Below, piece after piece: positions 18,484 to 24,980 of a DNA stretch of 24,980 nt (position 1 is its first letter; each line of letters starts with the position of its first letter). The notes under the pieces are model-generated. The model saw nothing but the letters and a program-made list of their open reading frames with translations, ran no database searches and was not told the origin of the DNA. Position numbers and translations under genes: made by a program. The DNA is taken from the NCBI GenBank assembly GCA_030746635.1, contig JASLMH010000067.1, positions 1-24,980 on the forward strand. The letters run 5' to 3'. Origin of the DNA: Alphaproteobacteria bacterium. Its GTDB lineage: Bacteria; Pseudomonadota; Alphaproteobacteria; GCA-2731375.

Positions 18484-19416
18484 CTAAGGTCGGGCCTGCC
18501 AGCCGTAGTCCAGGTACTGCCAGGCGATGCGGTCGTGGTCGAGAGTGATGGTGTTGAAGCCTTCCACGGTGCCGTGGTTGGGGCCGGTCCACCAGCGGCC
18601 GCAGATGGCGCCGCCCATGATGAAGGTGGTGCCCCGCCAGCGCAGCAGCTCCTTCACGTGCAGGTGCCCTTGCAGCACCAGCACGAGATTGTGATCGGCG
18701 AACAGCTCCAGCACCGGCAGATTGTTGACCACCACCCGGTTGGGCGGCGGCGTGACGGTGCCGCCCTCGACGGCGCCGTAGTAGGCGGTCAGCAGGGGTA
18801 TGTGGAGGACCACGACGATCGGTTTGGCGCGCGGGAGGCCCGACAATTCGCGGTGGATCCACTCCCGCTGCCGGCGGGAAATCCAGCCGTAATACTGGTA
18901 GTCGTCGCCGGAGACGCGGACCGAATCCAGCAGCATGAAGTGATAGCCGAGGGCATCGAACGACCAAAAGGTGCGCGACCGGCCGAGCCGCCGCCGGTAT
19001 TCGGCCTTGGGATCGGCGATTGGCGGAGAACCGTCGTCGGGCCGGGCCGCCACCAGATCGTGGTTGCCGATCACCGCATGATGCTCGCCCCTGATGGCGT
19101 CGTGCATGGCCATGTAGAGATCCCAGCGCGGCGCCGCCTCGGCCATCGTGGCGTTGAAGCCGCCATGGATCAGGTCGCCGCCACCGAACACCAGATCCGG
19201 CTGTTGGGCATTGATCGCCGCCGCCGCCTGCATCACCGCCTGCGGCGCCCCCCGCCCCAGGTGCGCATGCACATCGGAATAGAACGCCAGCCGCAACCGA
19301 CCCTGTTCCGAGCCCCGCACCGTCCATTCAGTGCGTGCCAGGGCCGGGGCGGCGAGCAGGCCGCCACCGGCGGCCAGGGAATACAACAGGCGGCGCCGGG
19401 AAAGGGCTTGTGACAT
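18484..19416 (-). CDS. Calcineurin-like metallophosphoesterase with a twin-arginine (Tat) signal peptide.
   Basis: Start MSQALSRRRLLYSLAAGGGLLAAPALA, with GGGAG about 8 nt upstream. Motifs DVHAH, GGDLIHGG, GNHD, VLQGHLH. Confidence 0.8.
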   Translation of the reverse strand: MSQALSRRRLLYSLAAGGGLLAAPALARTEWTVRGSEQGRLRLAFYSDVHAHLGRGAPQAVMQAAAAINAQQPDLVFGGGDLIHGGFNATMAEAAPRWDLYMAMHDAIRGEHHAVIGNHDLVAARPDDGSPPIADPKAEYRRRLGRSRTFWSFDALGYHFMLLDSVRVSGDDYQYYGWISRRQREWIHRELSGLPRAKPIVVVLHIPLLTAYYGAVEGGTVTPPPNRVVVNNLPVLELFADHNLVLVLQGHLHVKELLRWRGTTFIMGGAICGRWWTGPNHGTVEGFNTITLDHDRIAWQYLDYGWQARP

Positions 19417-19433
19417 CTCTCTCGCTCCCACGC

Positions 19434-20696
19434 CTACGCCGCCGACGCGGCGCGGCGGCGGGTCCAGCGGCCGCAGATCCATCCCGCCAGCAACAAGACA
19501 ACGACGGTGGCGAGGAAATACCCGGCAAGGGTCGATCGGCTATGGCGGGTGATCAGGTTCTCGCTGACCCGGCTGTCAAACGCCATCCCGACCTGGAGGT
19601 TGGCTTCGACCTGTTCTTTTGACGCGGCGGGCCAGGGGTAGCCGGACGATCGCAAGATATTGCCGAAGTATTTCTCGACGATTTGGTTCTCCCGGTAGGC
19701 CCTGGTGTAGCGCATACGGCGCACGTCCGCGTCCTTGGCCTCGCGCGCCAGTTCAAGATTGCTGTCGCGGCTGAAGAGATGCACCCGCGCCTCGTGCAGG
19801 AAGGGATCGGTGCCGGGGCCATGAATCAACAGAAACTCCCGGTATTTCTCGATTTGCCTGTATTGATCAACGATCCGCCCGACTTCGCTTGCCCGCCGGC
19901 GGTCCAGTCGACTGAGTTCTTCAACGGTAAATCGGGAACGGAACACCCCAATATCCGGGTCACGGTGCAAATGCCCGTATTCGACCATGATGCCGGACCC
20001 CGCGGGCACGATGTCGAGCAGCGGAAAACGCTGGGTGTACCAGGCGATACGGTCCGGCGTATTGAGATAGCAAAGGCCCAGATAGGCGACGCCCGCGGCG
20101 GCACCGAGACACAGCCGACGCAGCCCCCGGCCGTCCGGCCAGCCGACAATCATCTTCGGCCGGATGCCCGCGGCCAGGGCCAGTTGGACCAAGGCGATCG
20201 CCAGCAGATTCAGCCCAATGTCGCGGGCATCGAAGTACCTCTTGGGTGTCAGCCATTGAATGGTCTCATCCAGCATGCCGACCATGGCGCCAACAATGGC
20301 AGCCGCGACATAGATGCTGTAGTCGCGAATACGGCAGGCCAGGGCGCGGAAGATCAACACGCCGAGGGGCCCGTATTCCAGGAAATGGATGGCTTCCTCG
20401 GGACTGCCCGACCCCAGACCGAAGGTCAGATAGATGAAGGCCAAGGTGACGGCGAACAGCCATGCATAGCCGACGGTCGATGTCTGCGCCCGGGTCAATA
20501 GACGGGCCAGGATCGCCACCGCCAGCACCACCACCACGGCGATCACCGTGTAGGTGTAGGTCTCGCGCCCCCAGGCCGCGTTGATTTGTTCGGTGATGCC
20601 GCGCACGAAGGGAATGGTCAGGAAAATGATCCCCGCCCAGAGGGCGACCTGCACCCAGCAGACCCATTCGCGCTGTCGCGGTGGTTGGTCGAACAT
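19434..20696 (-). CDS. VanZ-like domain membrane protein with an additional about 200-aa extramembrane domain and a C-terminal TM anchor.
   Basis: VanZ signature region GMLDETIQWLTPKRYFDARDIGLNLLAIALV after 3-4 TM helices. Start MFDQPP at ATG 20696, with GGAGGGAGG immediately upstream. The stop lies 17 nt before the phosphoesterase start. Confidence 0.7.
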   Translation of the reverse strand: MFDQPPRQREWVCWVQVALWAGIIFLTIPFVRGITEQINAAWGRETYTYTVIAVVVVLAVAILARLLTRAQTSTVGYAWLFAVTLAFIYLTFGLGSGSPEEAIHFLEYGPLGVLIFRALACRIRDYSIYVAAAIVGAMVGMLDETIQWLTPKRYFDARDIGLNLLAIALVQLALAAGIRPKMIVGWPDGRGLRRLCLGAAAGVAYLGLCYLNTPDRIAWYTQRFPLLDIVPAGSGIMVEYGHLHRDPDIGVFRSRFTVEELSRLDRRRASEVGRIVDQYRQIEKYREFLLIHGPGTDPFLHEARVHLFSRDSNLELAREAKDADVRRMRYTRAYRENQIVEKYFGNILRSSGYPWPAASKEQVEANLQVGMAFDSRVSENLITRHSRSTLAGYFLATVVVLLLAGWICGRWTRRRAASAA

Positions 20697-20870
20697 CCTC
20701 CCTCCAACCTCGTTTTCCACCGGTGCGGAAGCGAATCCCTTGAACGCCAGAGTTTACCGCCGGCAACTCCAGCAGGGTAGCAGCCAGCCTGAAAATGCGC
20801 CTATCATCCGTGGCGAGACGGGCCATGCCCGTCGCACCCTGTTGCCTTCAACGAATTCAGCGGATCTCCC

Positions 20871-21464
20871 ATGCCCAGATCGACAGGCTTCCTCGCAGTA
20901 TCGTTGCTTCTGATGGCCCTATGGTCAGCGCCCGCCGGCGCGGCCGACGTCCACCAGCTCGCCCCGGCCGAACCGCAGCCCGACGCCAAGAGCCTGAAAC
21001 CGGGCCTTGCGGTCGAGTACGTCTACCGGGAGGCCAAGTCCCTGCACGATGCCGAGAGCTACCGCGGCTACAACCTGGAAAGCCGGGGCGAACCGTTGAA
21101 GGGGTTCGTCTATGGCGACACCAACCCGGGCGACGGGGCACTCACGTCGGGGGCCAGCGAACTGGTGATCGCCTACATCAAGGGCTACATGCGGTTCGAG
21201 GCAGGCCAGCACGAGCTGGAGTTCCAATCGAACGACGGGCTTCGCGTCATCCTCGGCGGCGTTCAGGTGTACGAGCACGACCTGCGCCACCCGTGCGTGA
21301 GCAACGGCGCGGTGACGGTGAAGGCACCGCAGGCCGGCTGGTATCCGGTCGAGGCGCTCTACTTCCAGCGTCTGGGCACCTCCTGCCTGGATCTCAGCAT
21401 CCGGCGGCCGGGCGGCGAATGGGATTGGACCGAGCCCGAGATCTACGCCCACCTGCCGGGCTGA
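20871..21464 (+). CDS. Secreted hypothetical protein (Sec signal peptide; possibly a beta-sandwich/PA14-like fold).
   Basis: Signal peptide MPRSTGFLAVSLLLMALWSAPAGAA. No strong SD. Divergent from the VanZ-like gene. Confidence 0.55.
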   Translation: MPRSTGFLAVSLLLMALWSAPAGAADVHQLAPAEPQPDAKSLKPGLAVEYVYREAKSLHDAESYRGYNLESRGEPLKGFVYGDTNPGDGALTSGASELVIAYIKGYMRFEAGQHELEFQSNDGLRVILGGVQVYEHDLRHPCVSNGAVTVKAPQAGWYPVEALYFQRLGTSCLDLSIRRPGGEWDWTEPEIYAHLPG

Positions 21465-21467
21465 GCC

Positions 21468-21565
21468 GGAACAAAGGGGCAGTTAAGGGGACACCATGTT
21501 TCCCTTGGCCGAGAAGCGGTCATGGCAGGGGAAGAATGGTGTCCCCTTAACTGCCCCTTTGTTCC
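21468..21565. repeat. 98-bp hairpin element. Perfect 30-bp inverted-repeat arms with a 38-nt loop. Either a MITE/REP-like element or an unusually long bidirectional terminator.
   Basis: 21468-21497 is GGAACAAAGGGGCAGTTAAGGGGACACCAT. 21536-21565 is its exact reverse complement. It lies between convergent genes ending at 21464 and 21588. Confidence 0.65.
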
Positions 21566-21587
21566 GCCGCGGGCCGTGTCAAGAAAC

Positions 21588-22229
21588 CTAGCTGTTGCGT
21601 TTGCGGACGTCGTCCAGGTAGCCCAGCACCTCGTCCAGGGTGACCACGTCGGCATAGCGGCGGTGGACGTCGGTCAGGTTGGCGACGTGCGGTCCCTCCT
21701 CGACGTCGCCGACGCAATCCTCGGGCACCGCCACGCGATAGCCGTAGGAAAAGGCGTCGATGATCGAGGCGCGGATGCAGCCCGACGTGTTGCAGCCGGC
21801 GATGATCACGGTGTCCACCCGCTCCTTGACGAAGAATTGCGTGATCGCCGTTTGGAAGAAGATCGACGGCCCGGTCTTGCAATAGACCACGTCGTAGTCG
21901 CGGTCGTAGATGCGCGGCTCCAGTTCGGTGCAGGGATGGCCGTGGTGGAATTCCTCCACCACCGGCGGGATTTTCCAATACGGCGCGTCCCGGGCCGAAC
22001 TGTAAGCGGTGTAGCAGGTGGCCACGGGTATGTTGCCGGCCCGGGCCAGTTCCAGCAGGCGGGCGGTATTTTCCACCGCCCGCTCCACCAGTGGCCGGCC
22101 GCCCAGCGGGAATTCGCTATCGGTGAAGCCGCGCTGGAAGTCGACCACGGCGATCGCCGGCCGTTCGCCGAAACCGATGCGATGGGCCTCGAAGCCGATT
22201 TGCTTGTAGATATCGCCAGCGTCGCTCAT
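21588..22229 (-). CDS. Isochorismatase-family cysteine hydrolase, paralog of 17723..18409.
   Basis: Shares RIGFGERPAIAVVDF, IPVATCYTAY, …VDTVIIAGCNTSGCIRASIIDA… and the C-terminal LDEVLGYLDDVRKRN with the other copy. Confidence 0.85.
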   Translation of the reverse strand: MSDAGDIYKQIGFEAHRIGFGERPAIAVVDFQRGFTDSEFPLGGRPLVERAVENTARLLELARAGNIPVATCYTAYSSARDAPYWKIPPVVEEFHHGHPCTELEPRIYDRDYDVVYCKTGPSIFFQTAITQFFVKERVDTVIIAGCNTSGCIRASIIDAFSYGYRVAVPEDCVGDVEEGPHVANLTDVHRRYADVVTLDEVLGYLDDVRKRNS

Positions 22230-22301
22230 GGCTCTTGTCCCCTATTGGCAATGGTCCCTGAAATTGACCGCTCTCACCGGCCGCGTCGCGTGTTGCCGCC
22301 G

Positions 22302-22934
22302 CTACTTGGTGCCGTACAGCCGGTCGCCGGCATCGCCCAGGCCCGGCAGGATGTAGCCGATGTCGTTGAGTTGCCGGTCGATGGCGGCGGTCAGGATCGG
22401 CACGTCGGGATGGGCCGCGCCGAACGCTTCGATGCCCTCGGGCGCGGCGACCAGGGCGACGAACTTGATCCGTCGGGCGCCGGCCTCCTTCAGGCGGTGC
22501 ACGGCCGCGGCGGCCGAATTGCCCGTCGCCAGCATCGGATCGACGACGATCACCAGCCGCTCGCCGATATCCTCGGGCAGCTTCAGATAATATTCCACCG
22601 CCTCCAGGGTGTCGTGGTCGCGATACAGGCCGATATGGCCGACCCGGGCCGAGGGGATCAGGTCAAGCATCCCCTCCAACAGGCCGTTGCCGGCCCGCAG
22701 CACCGAGACCAGGCAGAGTTTCTTGCCGGCCAGGGCCGGCGCCCGCATGGTCTCCAATGGCGTGGCGATCTCCACCTCTTCGAGGTCGAGATCGCGGGTC
22801 GCCTCGAACGCCAGCAACAGGCTGATCTCGCGCAGCAACTGCCGGAACTCGGCGGTCGAGGTCTCGACCCGGCGCAACAGCGTCAATTTGTGCTGAATCA
22901 GAGGGTGGTCGGCCACCGTTGCCTTCGCCGCCAT
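22302..22934 (-). CDS. upp: Uracil phosphoribosyltransferase.
   Basis: [72 protein letters not shown]. Confidence 0.9.
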   Translation of the reverse strand: MAAKATVADHPLIQHKLTLLRRVETSTAEFRQLLREISLLLAFEATRDLDLEEVEIATPLETMRAPALAGKKLCLVSVLRAGNGLLEGMLDLIPSARVGHIGLYRDHDTLEAVEYYLKLPEDIGERLVIVVDPMLATGNSAAAAVHRLKEAGARRIKFVALVAAPEGIEAFGAAHPDVPILTAAIDRQLNDIGYILPGLGDAGDRLYGTK

Positions 22935-23014
22935 TTGCGCTGCCTCCCGTCAATTCGCCTCCCACCGAGTTTAACGCGGGCAGCAGCCGGGGCAATGGCC
23001 GGGAAGAAAGGACC

Positions 23015-23680
23015 TCAGACTTGGCGCAGCCGGTTTCGACGGACCCTGTACAGGCCCATCAGACCGGCCAGTAGCGTCGCCAGCGGCGCCGGCTCGGGTA
23101 TCACCAGGGTGCCGCTGACCTGGATCGAATAGGTCCGGGGGTTGGTGTCCCAGACCGTACCGGCGAAGAAGGCGCCGCCGTTCAGATCGTCTATGCTGCC
23201 CTTGAATTCCCCATCCAGCCGGGCCTGGGTGATCGGCTCCCAGGGCCAGTCATGGTTGTTGATGGTCTCGCCACCGTCACTGAAGGCGATCGACGGCTGG
23301 GTCGGTTCCGGGTACCACCAGGCAATGATGTCGTCGGTCTCGACCGTGATCGGACTGGCCAGGGCAAAGGTGTTGACCCCCAGGCTGTTCACCGCCTCCA
23401 AGCCGCTCTCGCCGACGAAATCCCAATTCGCGCCGTTATCGCGATAGATCAGCAGTTTCACCTCGCCGCCGGTGGCGTTGGCGTAGATACTCCAGGAATC
23501 GATCTCGCCGTTGCCGCTGATGCGGCCGTTCAGGTCGAAGAACAGAACGCCGTCGGCGCCGTCCAAGTAGGGCCGGGCAATTACGTCGTTGCCGCCCAGG
23601 ATGGTCGAGGCCAGCGCCGGAACCGGTTGAACCAATAGGGCGAGAGCGACAAGCACCGCCCGTGTACGATGAAAAGTCAT
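23015..23680 (-). CDS. PEP-CTERM sorting-domain protein (predicted exosortase substrate) with an N-terminal signal peptide.
   Basis: Start MTFHRTRAVLVALALLVQPVPALA (AGGAGGGAG upstream). C-terminus …VIPEPAPLATLLAGLMGLYRVRRNRLRQV is PEP, then a hydrophobic helix, then an Arg-rich tail. The upstream TTG extension of the track ORF was rejected. Confidence 0.75.
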   Translation of the reverse strand: MTFHRTRAVLVALALLVQPVPALASTILGGNDVIARPYLDGADGVLFFDLNGRISGNGEIDSWSIYANATGGEVKLLIYRDNGANWDFVGESGLEAVNSLGVNTFALASPITVETDDIIAWWYPEPTQPSIAFSDGGETINNHDWPWEPITQARLDGEFKGSIDDLNGGAFFAGTVWDTNPRTYSIQVSGTLVIPEPAPLATLLAGLMGLYRVRRNRLRQV

Positions 23681-23769
23681 CGACAACACTCCCTCCTTGC
23701 CGATCGGGTCTCTCGACGCATTTCGCGATTCAACGCACCTGCGACCTGCCGCCGGTTTTCTTGTCCATA

Positions 23770-23792
23770 ACCATGCAAGTTTTGTGCCAACC
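23770..23792 (-). promoter_or_regulatory. Sigma-54 (RpoN) -24/-12 promoter driving the PEP-CTERM gene.
   Basis: The minus strand reads TTGGCACAAAACTTGCATG, a perfect TGGCAC-N5-TTGCA, about 90 nt upstream of the ATG at 23680. Confidence 0.6.
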
Positions 23793-23993
23793 AAGAAGCT
23801 TGGGGAAAATCAATGGCTTACACCCGGGCCATCACGGCAAGAACAGGGAATCTGTAAAAACCACCGACACTACTGGTGACTCTTCGGCCATCGGCGCCCG
23901 TTTCGGGAAACTTGCCTGGCAGCCTGAGCCCGGCCTAGGCTCGCCTCCGGACGATGCCCCAGGGGCACGAGATGACAATGGGAGAGCCGAGGC

Positions 23994-24647
23994 ATGGTGG
24001 AAATCAGCTATCCGGCGGACTGGCGCGATATACCGCCCGAAAACTGGTCCAAGATGCGCATGACACCCGAAGCATACACGGCGATGCGGGACGAGCGGCT
24101 GCGACGGGAGGCGGCGGCGCCGGCGGTGGGCGACCCGGCGCCCGATTTCCATCTGGAACGGCTGTCGCCCGAAGGTCGGCGCACGGGCCAAATGTTCCGC
24201 CTGTCCGAAGGGCGGGGCCGGCCCATCGCCCTGGTCTTCGGCTCCTATACCTGACCGCCTTTCCGCATTCAGGCCGTGCGCCTGAACGAGATCGCCGCCA
24301 CCTACCGGGAACAAGTGGATTTCTATTGCGTCTATATCCAGGAGGCACATCCGGACGATGGCTGGCAGGTGCAGCACAACATCGACGACGGCATCATCCA
24401 CGACCGGCCGACCAGCATCGAACAACGCGCCGAACTGGCGGAAGTCTGCGCCCTGCGCCTGAACATGAAAATGCCGATGCTGCTCGACGACATGAGCGAC
24501 CAGGCGGATCGCCTGTATAACGCCCTGCCGGAACGGCTGTACCTGATCGACGCGGATGGCGTCGTTCGGTTCAAGACGGTGGCGGGGTCGATGGGCTTCG
24601 ATCCGGAAGCCTGGACCGCGGCAATTGCCGCCCTGATCAAAGGTTAG
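23994..24647 (+). CDS. Iodothyronine deiodinase-family thioredoxin-fold protein with an in-frame TGA (24252-24254) at the active-site position. Candidate selenoprotein (Sec). The track splits it into ORFs 23994..24254 and 24276..24647.
   Basis: Both track ORFs are in the same frame, 21 nt apart. Read-through gives …RPIALVFGSYT-U-PPFRIQAVRLNEIAATYREQVDFYCVYIQEAHPDDGWQV…LYNALPERLYLIDADGVVRFKT. This matches deiodinase motifs (FGSCTUPPF…VIYIEEAHASDGW…LYAALPERLYII…). Conservation continues through the 21 nt between the two ORFs. Confidence 0.6.
24268..24286 (+). other. Candidate bacterial SECIS-like hairpin 13 nt downstream of the in-frame UGA.
   Basis: UUCAGGC-CGUGC-GCCUGAA. 7-bp stem, 5-nt loop containing GU, with the loop about 21-25 nt after the UGA. 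Confidence 0.35.
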
Positions 24648-24650
24648 CCG

Positions 24651-24839
24651 TCAGGGACGGTCGTTCCGTAGGCGGATCAAACTGCCGATCAGGCGCACCA
24701 GGAGTGACTTGGCGGACCCATCGTCGTAGTCCCAATCCCCTCCGTCGCAATCGTCCAGCATGAACAGCAGCGCCTTGTCGCCATGGCGGTCGACGTAATC
24801 GCGGGCGGTGTGCGCCAGGTCGGCATCGTCGGCGGTCAT
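24651..24839 (-). CDS. Small acidic hypothetical protein (62 aa), sigma-54-dependent.
   Basis: Start MTADDADLAHTARDYVDRHGDK with GGAGG 8 nt upstream. The track ORF extends to the window end, but that extension overlaps the promoter. Confidence 0.45.
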   Translation of the reverse strand: MTADDADLAHTARDYVDRHGDKALLFMLDDCDGGDWDYDDGSAKSLLVRLIGSLIRLRNDRP

Positions 24840-24959
24840 GGCCTCACGCCTCCGCGAAGGCGCCGGACGGGCGGGTCCGATACCTGAAATCGGTTGGATC
24901 GTCGTTGAAAAAAGCCATCTGGCCGGAATTCCCAAGATTGCACCAACAACTTGCCGAAT

Positions 24960-24980
24960 GCCGTGCAAGAGCCGTGCCAA
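24960..24980 (-). promoter_or_regulatory. Sigma-54 -24/-12 promoter upstream of the 62-aa gene.
   Basis: The minus strand reads TTGGCACGGCTCTTGCACGG, a perfect TGGCAC-N5-TTGCA. It lies at the window edge, about 120 nt upstream of the ATG at 24839. Confidence 0.55.

Noticed and set aside
21495-21605. 36-codon ORF with SD starting inside the perfect inverted repeat.
   Set aside because: It most likely arises by chance from the palindrome sequence. It has no conservation signal and overlaps both repeat arms.
23994-24647. Interpretation of the TGA-interrupted deiodinase-like gene as a simple pseudogene or two separate genes.
   Set aside because: The frame is maintained and family-specific conservation runs across the TGA. 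The TGA falls exactly at the Sec/Cys catalytic codon of the family. This is kept as a candidate selenoprotein, but not proven.
24840-24980. N-terminal extension of ORF 24651..24980 (MARLLHGIRQ…).
   Set aside because: It overlaps the sigma-54 promoter motif. An SD-supported internal ATG at 24839 gives a compact 62-aa protein.

Overview
This is a high-GC (roughly 65-70%) proteobacterial chromosomal segment, densely coding, with about 27 genes. Nothing in it looks like prophage, CRISPR or rRNA/tRNA. Several long antisense 'ORFs' in the track are high-GC artefacts.

Gene content, left to right:
- 3' end of a hydantoinase-B/oxoprolinase (hyuB) gene, partial at the window edge.
- A 938-aa flotillin/YqiK-like SPFH protein. 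Its coiled coil is expanded by an internal segmental duplication plus 87-bp (29-aa) tandem repeats.
- A PotA-type ABC ATPase, apparently co-transcribed with a FAD-dependent (DAO-family) oxidoreductase and a uronate dehydrogenase.
- Convergent on the minus strand: two PotB/PotC-type permeases and a PotD/PotF-type periplasmic binding protein.
- A D-hydantoinase/dihydropyrimidinase on the plus strand.
- A tightly packed nine-gene minus-strand cluster (11970-20696): VanZ-like membrane protein, Tat-exported metallophosphoesterase, isochorismatase-family hydrolase, 10-TM membrane protein, amidase-signature amidase (ATGA start/stop overlap), small 4-TM protein, class-I glutamine amidotransferase, AhpD-like CxxC protein, Old-Yellow-Enzyme flavin oxidoreductase.
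- A secreted hypothetical protein, a second paralogous isochorismatase-family hydrolase, upp, and a PEP-CTERM (exosortase-sorted) protein.

Most notable observations:
1. The two track ORFs 23994..24254 and 24276..24647 are one iodothyronine-deiodinase-family gene. It is interrupted by a single in-frame TGA exactly at the conserved active-site position (FGSYT-U-PPF), and a small hairpin sits just downstream. This is a candidate selenoprotein that ORF callers would split or call a pseudogene.
2. Two perfect matches to the sigma-54 -24/-12 promoter consensus (TGGCAC-N5-TTGCA) lie on the minus strand. One is upstream of the PEP-CTERM gene, the other upstream of a 62-aa acidic protein gene.
3. Two about 97-bp hairpin elements with 30-31-bp inverted-repeat arms (one perfect), relatively AT-rich for this genome, look like a MITE/REP-like family.
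4. The nine-gene hydrolase/membrane cluster has no obvious known pathway assignment.

Coordinates for features not in the ORF track are accurate to about 1-2 bp.
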